NCBI GenBank assembly: GCA_016202395.1
Contig: JACQOV010000009.1
Location: 1-50,807, forward strand
From: Deltaproteobacteria bacterium
GTDB taxonomy: Bacteria > JACQOV01
Direction: 5' to 3'
Length of the DNA stretch: 50,807 nucleotides
Position 1 is the first letter of the stretch. Every line of letters begins with the position of its first letter. Under the pieces are notes generated by a model that saw only the letters and a program-made list of their open reading frames with translations, was not told the DNA's origin and made no database searches. The translations under genes were made by a program, and so were the position numbers. Below, piece after piece: positions 9,887 to 18,738 of this stretch.

Positions 9887-10864
9887 ATGGGGAAAGAAAT
9901 GGCCATTCCAGTTCCTCCAAAGATCACGCCAATCCGAGTGGATCTTTTTTTAAAAGAAAATCTTGAGATTTCAAGAGCCAGAATTAAAGAGCTCCTTGCT
10001 CAAGGTTGGGTTCACGTCAACGGAAAGAAAATTAAAAAAGGGGATTTACTTTCGGGTGGAGAAACCATCACCGTTGCCCCAAAAATTTTTGAGCCTTTCG
10101 AACTCTCACCTGATGAATCGATTCCGCTTCGAATCATCCATGAAGAACCTTCCTTTTTGATTGTTGATAAACCTTCAGGAATCCCTACACATCCGTTGAA
10201 GTCTGGAGAGAAAGGGACGCTGGCTAATGCGCTCATCGCTCGTTACCCTGAGCTGGGCGCTATTGGAGACCCCAGAGAAGCAGGGCTGGTTCATCGGCTG
10301 GATTCTGCAACTTCAGGGCTTCTTGTGGTCGCCCGAACACTGGAGGCCTATCAAGACCTTCGTGAGCAATTCCGAACAGGAAAAGTGACAAAGCAATATC
10401 TAGCGCTGGTTTGGGGAATATTAGAGAAAAAGGGGAAGATTGAAACTTCCTTCGATTCGAAGAATCGAAAAAAGGTTAAAATCCGAGCTGTCATTGCGAG
10501 CCCCGAAGGGGCGAAGCAATCTCCCAAAGATCGCCACGTCGGCCTTCGGCCTCCTCGCGATGACAAGAGGGGAAGGACTCAATTCAAGCCTTTGCGATGG
10601 GGAAAAGATCAGACTCTATTGGAAATTCTGATTACGACCGGTCATCGACACCAGATCCGAGCCCATCTGGCGCATCTCGGCCACCCTATCGTCGGGGATG
10701 AGCTTTATGGAACAAACGATGGAATGACGACACTATCCCTTCGTGCAACTCAAATCCAGTTCCAGCACCCCGAGAATCACAATAGAGTACAATTCAAAAG
10801 CATGCCTACTGAAAATCGTTGGCGGGATTGCTTCGCCCCCGCCGTTGGCAGGGGCTCGCAATGA
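9887..10864 (+). CDS. RluA/RluD-family 23S rRNA pseudouridine synthase with in-frame repeat insertion
   Basis: S4 domain (RVDLFL...SRARIKELL), VDKPSG, GLVHRLDSATSG, TGHRHQIRAH, GHPIVGDELYG. Confidence 0.92.
   Translation: MGKEMAIPVPPKITPIRVDLFLKENLEISRARIKELLAQGWVHVNGKKIKKGDLLSGGETITVAPKIFEPFELSPDESIPLRIIHEEPSFLIVDKPSGIPTHPLKSGEKGTLANALIARYPELGAIGDPREAGLVHRLDSATSGLLVVARTLEAYQDLREQFRTGKVTKQYLALVWGILEKKGKIETSFDSKNRKKVKIRAVIASPEGAKQSPKDRHVGLRPPRDDKRGRTQFKPLRWGKDQTLLEILITTGHRHQIRAHLAHLGHPIVGDELYGTNDGMTTLSLRATQIQFQHPENHNRVQFKSMPTENRWRDCFAPAVGRGSQ
10489..10565. repeat. TGTCATTGCGAG-type palindromic repeat inside the pseudouridine synthase CDS
   Basis: Ends TGTCATTGCGAG...CTCGCGATGACA; 10488-10521 is identical over 34 bp to 19565-19598. 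Confidence 0.9.
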
Positions 10865-10866
10865 CA
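10826..10866. repeat. Right half of the same repeat family; supplies the stop codon of the pseudouridine synthase
   Basis: GATTGCTTCGCCCC...GGGGCTCGCAATGACA; the TGA at 10862-10864 lies inside it. Confidence 0.8.
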
Positions 10867-10891
10867 ACTCTATAACGGGCACCTCTAACCG

Positions 10892-11041
10892 TTATTTCTT
10901 CGGCAAGATCTTATACATCCCAGTCCCACACACCGAACACTTCCCCTTCAACGCTTTCCGCTGATTTTTCATCTCCACTTCTTTTGCGTCTACCATTTCC
11001 CGCTTCGATTTACATTTCACGCAGTATCCTATTTCCGCCAT
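10892..11041 (-). CDS. 49-aa zinc-ribbon protein (DUF5679-like); not in ORF track
   Basis: MAEIGYCVKCKSKREMVDAKEVEMKNQRKALKGKCSVCGTGMYKILPKK*; two CxxC motifs; SD AAGGAGGT upstream. Confidence 0.88.
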   Translation of the reverse strand: MAEIGYCVKCKSKREMVDAKEVEMKNQRKALKGKCSVCGTGMYKILPKK

Positions 11042-11134
11042 GATGTGAACCTCCTTTCGTTGTTCTTTTAATTCTAAAGCACGCGGACCGTTTTGTCGAG
11101 CTTTTTCTCTAAAGTCGAAGTGTGTCGAAAACGC

Positions 11135-12919
11135 TCACTCCTGGAGTTGGTACTGGAGCTCATAGAGACGGGCATAAATCCCTTTTAAAGCAAGGAGTTC
11201 CTCATGAGTCCCCATCTCCCGAACCTCTCCATGATGCAGAACAATGATCCGATCCACATCCCGAATGGTGGAGAGCCGATGGGCAATCACCAGGGTTGTT
11301 CTCCGCTCCATCAATCGATGAATCCCCTGCCGAACGAGCTCCTCAATATCGGGAGAAACGCTAGAGGTAGCCTCGTCCAGGATAAGAACCTTGGGATCTC
11401 GAACTAACGCGCGGGCAAAGCTCAACAACTGCTTCTGCCCAACCGACAACGTGGCCCCTCTTTCACCCACTTCGTAATCGTATCCATAGGGGAGATTCAG
11501 AATGAAACGCTCCGCATCCACAACTCGAGCGGCCTCTTTAGCCTTTTCGGCAGAAATTAAAGGATCCCCCAGCGTGATATTCTCGAGAATGGAACCTGAA
11601 AAGAGATAGACATCCTGTGGCACAACCACGACTTCACGACGGAGTTCCTCCAACGGCCAGGATCGAAGTTCCCGCCCTCCCATACGAATCTCTCCACTCT
11701 TGTAATCGTAGAGCCGCACTAAAAGTTTGATGATGGAGCTCTTCCCCGCTCCGGTGGCTCCAACCAGCGCAACCCGTTCCCCAGAGCGAACCTCAAACGA
11801 GATATTCTTAAGAACCGGTTGATTCGGACGATAGCTGAACCCCACGTCCTTAAAAGTGATCCCCGTCGGGACAGTTCGCAAAGCCAATCCGTCCCCCGGT
11901 GTGCCGCCCATGGCCACTTTTTCATCAAACAAACCAAAAACCCTCTCCAACGAAGCCATGGCCGATTGCAGCACAGCGTATTTTGCGCTCAAATCCCGAA
12001 GTGGAACAAAGAACTGCTGCATCAGATCGATAAAGAGATAAAGGGTCCCTAATGTGACCCACCCTTTTTGATGCAGGCCTGAGCCGTACCAAAGGATCAT
12101 CGCAATAGCGAATCGACCGATCATCTCAACCAAAGAGAAGAGCAACGCGTCGAATTGGATCGACATCCGATTGGCCTGGCGATAGTCTTCATTGATCTGT
12201 TGAAAATACCCGAGGTTCTTTTTCTCCCGGGCGAAAAGCTGAACAATCTTCATCCCCGTGATCGACTCTTGGAGAAACGCGTTGATCCTCGCAATCTTAG
12301 ATCGGATCAGTCGATACGCCTGTCGCATCTTTTTTCGAAAGAGATCGGCGACAACCCAAACTAAAGGGACCGCCGTAAAAGTAACCAACGTGAGTTTCCA
12401 CTGAACCACCAACATGACAACAAAAATGGCAACCAACTTTACGAAATCCCCCACCAAGGCCACGACTCCTGAGGTGAACATCTCGCTCAATACCTCGATG
12501 TCGTTGGTGAGTCGGGTCATGGTCCTTCCTACCGGCGTCCGATCAAAAAAGGAGGTGGGGAGCCTTTGAACATGCTGAAAGAGATCGAGGCGCAAATCGC
12601 TCAGACAACGCTGGCCTGTGAGAGCCATGAGGTAAAGTTGAAAGTATTCCGCAACAACCTTAGCCATAAGGACGACAAAAAATAGGGCGGCAATGAGGGA
12701 CAAACCGAGTGAAGAACCCTCATGAAAGTAGCGATCGATCCCCTCTTTCACAACAAAAGGCTGAAGGATCTGGAGCGCGGCAACCACCGGCAAAAGAAGG
12801 ATCGAGCGGATCACAATCCGGCGGTGCGGAACAATGTATTTCCACACACGCCGTACCAAATGGGCGTCGTACGCCTTCCCCTCCAACACCTCTTCTTCAT
12901 GAAAATCTTCGATTGGCAT
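11135..12919 (-). CDS. ABC exporter, fused permease/ATPase (MdlB-like half of heterodimer)
   Basis: TMD plus GATGAGKS, LSVGQKQ, ILDEATSS, IAHRLST. Confidence 0.93.
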   Translation of the reverse strand: MPIEDFHEEEVLEGKAYDAHLVRRVWKYIVPHRRIVIRSILLLPVVAALQILQPFVVKEGIDRYFHEGSSLGLSLIAALFFVVLMAKVVAEYFQLYLMALTGQRCLSDLRLDLFQHVQRLPTSFFDRTPVGRTMTRLTNDIEVLSEMFTSGVVALVGDFVKLVAIFVVMLVVQWKLTLVTFTAVPLVWVVADLFRKKMRQAYRLIRSKIARINAFLQESITGMKIVQLFAREKKNLGYFQQINEDYRQANRMSIQFDALLFSLVEMIGRFAIAMILWYGSGLHQKGWVTLGTLYLFIDLMQQFFVPLRDLSAKYAVLQSAMASLERVFGLFDEKVAMGGTPGDGLALRTVPTGITFKDVGFSYRPNQPVLKNISFEVRSGERVALVGATGAGKSSIIKLLVRLYDYKSGEIRMGGRELRSWPLEELRREVVVVPQDVYLFSGSILENITLGDPLISAEKAKEAARVVDAERFILNLPYGYDYEVGERGATLSVGQKQLLSFARALVRDPKVLILDEATSSVSPDIEELVRQGIHRLMERRTTLVIAHRLSTIRDVDRIIVLHHGEVREMGTHEELLALKGIYARLYELQYQLQE

Positions 12920-12939
12920 ATTGTTTTGCTGTCATTCCT

Positions 12940-14742
12940 TCAGATTTTCTCCAACTCCTCCTCAATCCTCTGCCTTCGGGCCAATTCCGCAAAATATCCC
13001 TCTTGCCGCAATAATTTCTCCGGGGTCCCCGCCTCTATCAAACGCCCTCCTTTCAAAACGAAAATCATACCGGCCTGTTCCAAGGCTGACAACCGATGGG
13101 AGATAATTAAAACGGTTTTCCCTGGAAAAACCTCTTTCAATCGATCTAAAATCTTCCGTTCTGTTTGCGCATCCACACTGGAGAGGGAATCGTCCAAGAT
13201 CAGAATCTTTGGCTCCATCGCAATCGCTCGAGCCAAAGCGATCCGCTGTCGCTGCCCCCCTGAAAGCATCACCCCTCTCTCTCCAACAATGGTTTGCATC
13301 CCCATCGGAAACGATTCGATCTCCTCGCGAATTCCTGCAACCTCCGCGGCCCACTCGACCTTCTCCTTTGAAACCTGTGGGAGTCCCAATGCAATATTTT
13401 CGGCGATAGTCGTTGAAAAGAGAAAAGCCTCCTGAGGGGCGTAACCGATCTGGCGTCGAAGGGTTTGCAAAGGGAATGTAGTGATATCCCGACCCTCCAC
13501 AAAAAGGGCCCCTTGAGGAATCTCAAAGAAATGAGGAATCAACTCTACTAACGTGCTCTTCCCAGCCCCCGTCCCCCCCGCAATTCCCGCCAAAGAGCCA
13601 GGTGGAATTCTCAGTGAAATCTCGCTTAAAGCAACAGGGCGTTGAGATCCATTGGCGCTAAGCTGAGAAGGATAATGAAAAGTGAGATTGCGAAATTCGA
13701 TCTCACCCCTCATTGGGATCTCTTCCTCTTCGCCAGGAGAAATCGTCACCTCCGCATCTAAAATCTCTGAGAGGCGCCCCATTGCCGAAAGACCTCGTTG
13801 ATAGATCGTTAAGACCCATCCTAAAATAAATGTGGGCCAAGAGAGATTAAAGATATAGAGAATAAATGTCACGAATTGCCCAAGGGTGAGAGCCTCCGCC
13901 ATCACCTGACGCCCTCCAAAGAAAAGGACTAGAAGGATCCCCAACCCAGGGACAGAGTTGACCACCGGGGTCATCATCGAGCTCATTTTGGCCATGCGAC
14001 GATTCGTTTCGTAATAATCGCGATTGTGTTTGTTGAAACTCTTTACCTCCGCAGCCTCGCGAGCGTAAAGTTTCACAATGAAAGCGCCATTCAAGTTCTC
14101 TTGAATGCGGGCGCTCAAGCGAGCCAACGACTGTTGCGATTCTAAAGAGCGCTGATGGTACTCTCGACTCCACCATCGAACGAGTCCTACAAAAAATGGA
14201 AGAGGGATCAAAGCGCAAAGTGTGAGTGGCAGACTGATCCACGCCATCGCTCCGAGGGTCATGAGGTAAATGATCGGCGTGTTCGAAAGATTTAACAATC
14301 CGGGACCCAGCAAAAGTCGAACCGATCCCAGATCGTTGGTGAGTCGCGACATCAAATCTCCTGTGGGATAACGTTGATAGAAAGAAGGGGGCAATTTTTG
14401 AAGATGATCGAAGAGTTCGTTTCGAACCTCGTACTCAATGTCTCGACCGGCATTGAAAACAATAATGCGCGAAAAAACGCGAAAAAGGCCGGCGCCGACA
14501 GCAATGGCTACTAAAACAAGAGAATAGAATCCAACTTTTTTATCTCCTTCAGGAGATCGCATCCCATCGATGATGTACTGGACTCCCCAGGGGAAGGCCG
14601 TGGCAAAGGCGTTAGTGGCAAGGATAAAGAGGAATCCCAGCGCATAGCGCCACCGATAGCGCCAAAAATAACCTTTTAATCTCTCCGCTGGTTTCACTTC
14701 ACCCTTCACAAGTTTGGCCGCGGGATATCCTTCTCGCTTCAC
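12940..14742 (-). CDS. ABC exporter, fused permease/ATPase (MdlA-like half of heterodimer)
   Basis: GGTGAGKS, LSGGQRQR, degenerate Walker B ILDDSLSSVD. Start uncertain: GTG 14742 lies in a repeat; alternatives are GTG 14709 or 14697. Confidence 0.92.
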   Translation of the reverse strand: MKREGYPAAKLVKGEVKPAERLKGYFWRYRWRYALGFLFILATNAFATAFPWGVQYIIDGMRSPEGDKKVGFYSLVLVAIAVGAGLFRVFSRIIVFNAGRDIEYEVRNELFDHLQKLPPSFYQRYPTGDLMSRLTNDLGSVRLLLGPGLLNLSNTPIIYLMTLGAMAWISLPLTLCALIPLPFFVGLVRWWSREYHQRSLESQQSLARLSARIQENLNGAFIVKLYAREAAEVKSFNKHNRDYYETNRRMAKMSSMMTPVVNSVPGLGILLVLFFGGRQVMAEALTLGQFVTFILYIFNLSWPTFILGWVLTIYQRGLSAMGRLSEILDAEVTISPGEEEEIPMRGEIEFRNLTFHYPSQLSANGSQRPVALSEISLRIPPGSLAGIAGGTGAGKSTLVELIPHFFEIPQGALFVEGRDITTFPLQTLRRQIGYAPQEAFLFSTTIAENIALGLPQVSKEKVEWAAEVAGIREEIESFPMGMQTIVGERGVMLSGGQRQRIALARAIAMEPKILILDDSLSSVDAQTERKILDRLKEVFPGKTVLIISHRLSALEQAGMIFVLKGGRLIEAGTPEKLLRQEGYFAELARRQRIEEELEKI

Positions 14743-15149
14743 TCACAAGATCTTTGACTGATTGGTGGGAAAAGTTCAAGCGGCTCCGAAGCTCTGGTCG
14801 CACCCTTCCGGGGCGAGCCGGCGGGAAAAAGCCTTCCGGTATAACCGGCTTTCCTCGCCCGGCTCACCCTCGGTGGGTGCCCGCTCCCTCCCGCTACGTC
14901 ACCGCTTTGAACTTTTCCCACCTCCTCCAATCCCAATTCTATGGGTTCATCGGAATGTTTTCCGAGCGAACGTCGCAAGATTTTGGGGTACCCGTCTTGG
15001 CGAGAACGAGCGTCCTCGCACGGACCTACAGGTCCGTGCGAGGTGGCTTGTGCTGTTTGAGCCCGAAGGGCGAGTTCACAAGCCAAACGAGTCGAGCCCT
15101 AGACGGGTCAAAAATCTTGCGAGTGAAGCGAGAAAAACATTCCGATGAA
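14722..15149. repeat. Composite palindromic repeat/MITE-like element (T-B-T-C-T), copy 2
   Basis: Module B (14764-14922) is an inverted copy of 197-354. T modules at 14946-14985 and 15110-15149 are inverted repeats around a hairpin-rich cargo. Confidence 0.9.
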
Positions 15150-15157
15150 CCTAAATC

Positions 15158-15886
15158 CTACACACTAAACTCATATCGAATCATACTGAGGGCCGCAATG
15201 GCGGCAGTCTCCGTGCGAAGGATCGAACGCCCTAAACTCAGATCCATGAAACGATTTCGATGCGCCATCTCCACTTCAGCATCACTCCATCCTCCTTCAG
15301 GGCCAATGGCAATCCAGATCTCTGAAGGAATTTTGGACAAGGATCGAAAATAGGCCTTCGGTTGTTGCTCGGATCTCTCCCAAAAAAATATCCTCTCAGC
15401 AACATTCGACGCTTTTTCCAGAAATCCTTGAAGCGAAACGATCCCATGAACTACCGGAACATAAGGCTGCTGGGATTGCTTGCAGGCCTCGACCGCAATC
15501 CGCTGCCAACGCTCCTCTTTTCGTCCTTTCGAACTCTCTTTAGGATGAACGACCGCTCTTTCCCCCTCGATCAAATAAATTTCAGAAACGCCGATCTCCG
15601 TCCCCTTCTGGATGACCCAATCGATCTTCTCCCCTTTGGCCAACGACTGCCCTAACACGACCTTTGGCCCCACAAAAGGCTCCACTTTATCTTTGTCAAT
15701 CTTAATCCGAACGAAATCCCCTCCCGCCTCCAAAATACGCCCGGAGAGGCACCGGCCCTTCCCATCAAAAAGCTCCACCGACTCTCCCTCTTTCTTGCGA
15801 AGAACGGAGGCCATGTGATGAGCCTCCGGCCCACGCAGCAAAACTTGCGAATCTGAAACCGATTCTGGAGAAATAAAGAACCACAT
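15158..15886 (-). CDS. rsmE: 16S rRNA m3U1498 methyltransferase
   Basis: HHMASVLR, QKGTEIGV, EACKQS, IGPEGGWS, SLGRSILRTETAA. Confidence 0.96.
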   Translation of the reverse strand: MWFFISPESVSDSQVLLRGPEAHHMASVLRKKEGESVELFDGKGRCLSGRILEAGGDFVRIKIDKDKVEPFVGPKVVLGQSLAKGEKIDWVIQKGTEIGVSEIYLIEGERAVVHPKESSKGRKEERWQRIAVEACKQSQQPYVPVVHGIVSLQGFLEKASNVAERIFFWERSEQQPKAYFRSLSKIPSEIWIAIGPEGGWSDAEVEMAHRNRFMDLSLGRSILRTETAAIAALSMIRYEFSV

Positions 15887-15891
15887 ACACA

Positions 15892-15970
15892 GTAACCCCT
15901 CCTAACCTCCCCTTATTCTAAGGGGAGGAATTCCCCCCTCTTAGGATAAGAGGGGGTTAGGGGGAGTTAC
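15892..15970. repeat. C/G-tract double-hairpin palindromic repeat between the M16 gene and rsmE
   Basis: CCTCCCCTTA-TTC-TAAGGGGAGG and CCCCCTCTTA-GGA-TAAGAGGGGG inside imperfect outer arms GTAACCCCTCCTAACC/GGTTAGGGGGAGTTAC. Confidence 0.8.
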
Positions 15971-18625
15971 TTACGGATGCACGGTGACAATAACGGCTCG
16001 ATCAAGGTCAATATATTTTTTGGCAGCCTCTTCGACTTGCTTCTGGGTCACTGCCTGAATCTTCTGCGGAAAAACTTTTGAATAATTCCAACCTAAGCCA
16101 TATCGTTCGTTCAGGGCTAAATCGGAGGCTTGAGCCGCTCTCTCTTGCAAACCGATCTCATAACTACCGATGAGATATTGTTGCCCTCTGCGAACCTCCT
16201 CCGCTGTCACCCCTTCTTGAAGTAAACGTGAAATCTCACTTTTCATCCCTTCAAAAGCTTGCTTCTCCTTCTCGGGAGAGGTCCCCATATAAAAGGCAAA
16301 AAAGCCGCCATCCCAAGAGGCCTGGAAAACCGAGGTGACCACATAGGCTAAGTTCTGCTTGTCGCGGAGCTCGCCAAACAGTCGCCCTCCTTGTCCCGAA
16401 AGGATGGCGTTCAAAACAGCCAGAGGGTAGCGATCCTCCTCAAAAAAAGAAGGGCCGGGAAAGCCGATGATGAGATGGGCCTGTTTTTTGTCGAGGCGTT
16501 CTTGAACCTCCTTAGCTTGTTGAGGAAATAGAGGTTTTGGAATGGAGGGGAGCTCGAATCCGATCCCTCTAGCATGCCAAGACTCCAACCCTTGAATCGC
16601 CTGAATTACGGAATCGGCCTGCAGATCCCCCACGACCGAGATCACAAGATTTTGTGGGACAACGTAATGGTGATAATACTCCGCAAGGTTCTGCGATGTC
16701 AGCTTCTGCACCGAATCTTCGGTCCCCAATGACACCATCCCATAGGAATGCCCTGGATAAAGATTCGCCCGAAAGAGATCAAAGGCATAACGGGACACCT
16801 CGTCTTTGCGAGATCGAATTCTCCCCAATACATCGACCCGCTTTTTCTCTAGCTCCTCTTGCGGAAAGGTTGGATTCATCAAGATATCGCTAAAGAGATC
16901 CCACGCCTCGCTCCAATCTTGACTCAAAAACTGAGCCGAAAGCCCCAGCGTGTCATTGCCTGAAAAACCGCCGATAGAGGCGGCTATCGAATCGAGCGAT
17001 CTCGCGATCTCCACGGCCGATCGATGCGCGGTCCCCTCCGTCCAAACCAAAGAGAGGAGTGTGTTGATCCCGTTATCCTGCGGCGTTTCGAACCGAAGCC
17101 CTCCGAGAAAAACGGCCTTGACGGCAATAATGGGAACGGAGCGATCCTCTTTTACGAGCAGTGTCATCCCAGAAGGGAATTGCACCCTTGTCACCGCCCC
17201 CTCCTGTTCCTTTTGCACGGCCTGAGTGTAGGCATTCAGAGCTTCTTGTTCCACCTCCTTGGCGATCCTTTCAAGATCCATCTCCTTCAACAAAGATTTC
17301 CCGGATGGAACCAAAAGCATGAGAGAAAATTGACCGCTCCGCAGGAGTTTTTGAGCCGTCTTTTGAACATCCTCGATCGTGACTGCTCGAATCCCTCTGA
17401 GATAATCATCCACATAGGTAAGAGAGCCATAAACGGTGTCGGCATAGCCCAAATGACGGGCTCGTCCATCCACGGTTTCATCTCCATAGATGAATTCACT
17501 TTCCAAACGACGGCGGGCCCCTTCCAATTCCGATGAGGTAAAAGGCTGGAATTGGGCCGCATACAAAACTCGAAGTGTCTCTCGCAGGGCGGACTCAACC
17601 TTCTCCGAATCGATTTCAGCGTCGATGATCCCAATGCCGGGATCCTTGGGGGTGTAGGCATACGACCCGATCGAATAAACCAATCCTCGCTTCGATTTCA
17701 CCTCTTGATAAAGTCGCGAAGATTCCCCGGAGCCGAGGAGCTCCATCAAAACATCGACCTTATAAACTTCAGGGTCCCCCATCCTGGGAGCATGAAAGCC
17801 GATTCCCAGATAGGCCTGTTCAAAAGGCCCCTCTTCGACACGAACCCGAATCTCTTCTTGCTTGGGCTCTTGAGGCCTCTCGATGGATTTAAGCGCTGAA
17901 GATCGGGATGGCTTGAAAGCCTTCCGAATGGCCGCCTCCGCCTTCTCTGTTTGCACATCCCCCACCACGACCAAGGTCATATTCTCCGGCACATACCACT
18001 GATGAAAAACATCGATGAGGGTTTCCCGCGTAATCTTGGAGATCGTTTCCGGCTCCCCAATCACAGGACGACGGTAAGGATGGGTTTTGTAGGCCAGATC
18101 AAAAAGCCCGTACATCACCCGTCGACCGGGGGAGTCGAGCGCTCGTTGGAGTTCTTCTAACACCACGGGGATCTCTCGAGAGAGTTCCTGCACATCGAAG
18201 GAAGAGTTCTGCGCCGCATCCGCCAAAATATCCAAGGCTTCATTAAAGTAACGCCCCGAAATGGTGATGTGATAAACGGTCTGATCAAAGGAGGTAAAGG
18301 CGTTGATATCCCCACCCAGGGCTTCGACCTCCCCAGCGATGGCTCCCACGGGACGGCGCTCCGTTCCCTTAAAGAGCATGTGCTCAAAGACATGAGAGAT
18401 CCCAGCCAGCGCGTCCTCCTCATCCGCGCTCCCCACTTTGACCCACATCTCCAACTCCACTACGGGAGAAGAGTGATTTTCTTCAACAATCACTTTAAGG
18501 CCATTCTCTAATTGAAAAACATGAAGATTTTCCTTTTTCACTGGAGGATCTCCTTTGATAGGGGCTTGAGAACATCCTAAAAACGCTAAAACAACGAGGG
18601 ATGCCAAAAAGTTTCCTTTTCGCAT
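15971..18625 (-). CDS. M16 (pitrilysin/insulinase) zinc protease, two-module, lipoprotein-like
   Basis: HVFEHMLFKGT (HXXEH), NAFTSFDQT; second module lacks HXXEH; lipobox LAFLGC after ATG 18625. Confidence 0.93.
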   Translation of the reverse strand: MRKGNFLASLVVLAFLGCSQAPIKGDPPVKKENLHVFQLENGLKVIVEENHSSPVVELEMWVKVGSADEEDALAGISHVFEHMLFKGTERRPVGAIAGEVEALGGDINAFTSFDQTVYHITISGRYFNEALDILADAAQNSSFDVQELSREIPVVLEELQRALDSPGRRVMYGLFDLAYKTHPYRRPVIGEPETISKITRETLIDVFHQWYVPENMTLVVVGDVQTEKAEAAIRKAFKPSRSSALKSIERPQEPKQEEIRVRVEEGPFEQAYLGIGFHAPRMGDPEVYKVDVLMELLGSGESSRLYQEVKSKRGLVYSIGSYAYTPKDPGIGIIDAEIDSEKVESALRETLRVLYAAQFQPFTSSELEGARRRLESEFIYGDETVDGRARHLGYADTVYGSLTYVDDYLRGIRAVTIEDVQKTAQKLLRSGQFSLMLLVPSGKSLLKEMDLERIAKEVEQEALNAYTQAVQKEQEGAVTRVQFPSGMTLLVKEDRSVPIIAVKAVFLGGLRFETPQDNGINTLLSLVWTEGTAHRSAVEIARSLDSIAASIGGFSGNDTLGLSAQFLSQDWSEAWDLFSDILMNPTFPQEELEKKRVDVLGRIRSRKDEVSRYAFDLFRANLYPGHSYGMVSLGTEDSVQKLTSQNLAEYYHHYVVPQNLVISVVGDLQADSVIQAIQGLESWHARGIGFELPSIPKPLFPQQAKEVQERLDKKQAHLIIGFPGPSFFEEDRYPLAVLNAILSGQGGRLFGELRDKQNLAYVVTSVFQASWDGGFFAFYMGTSPEKEKQAFEGMKSEISRLLQEGVTAEEVRRGQQYLIGSYEIGLQERAAQASDLALNERYGLGWNYSKVFPQKIQAVTQKQVEEAAKKYIDLDRAVIVTVHP

Positions 18626-18738
18626 AAGTGATTCATCGTATCGAACTCCGCCCCGAACCACAAGAGGTGAAAATCGATCTCCCTCTCTGCCGCAATTGAC
18701 TTTTTGTATTCCTTTAATTACAACGCAACATAGGTTAA

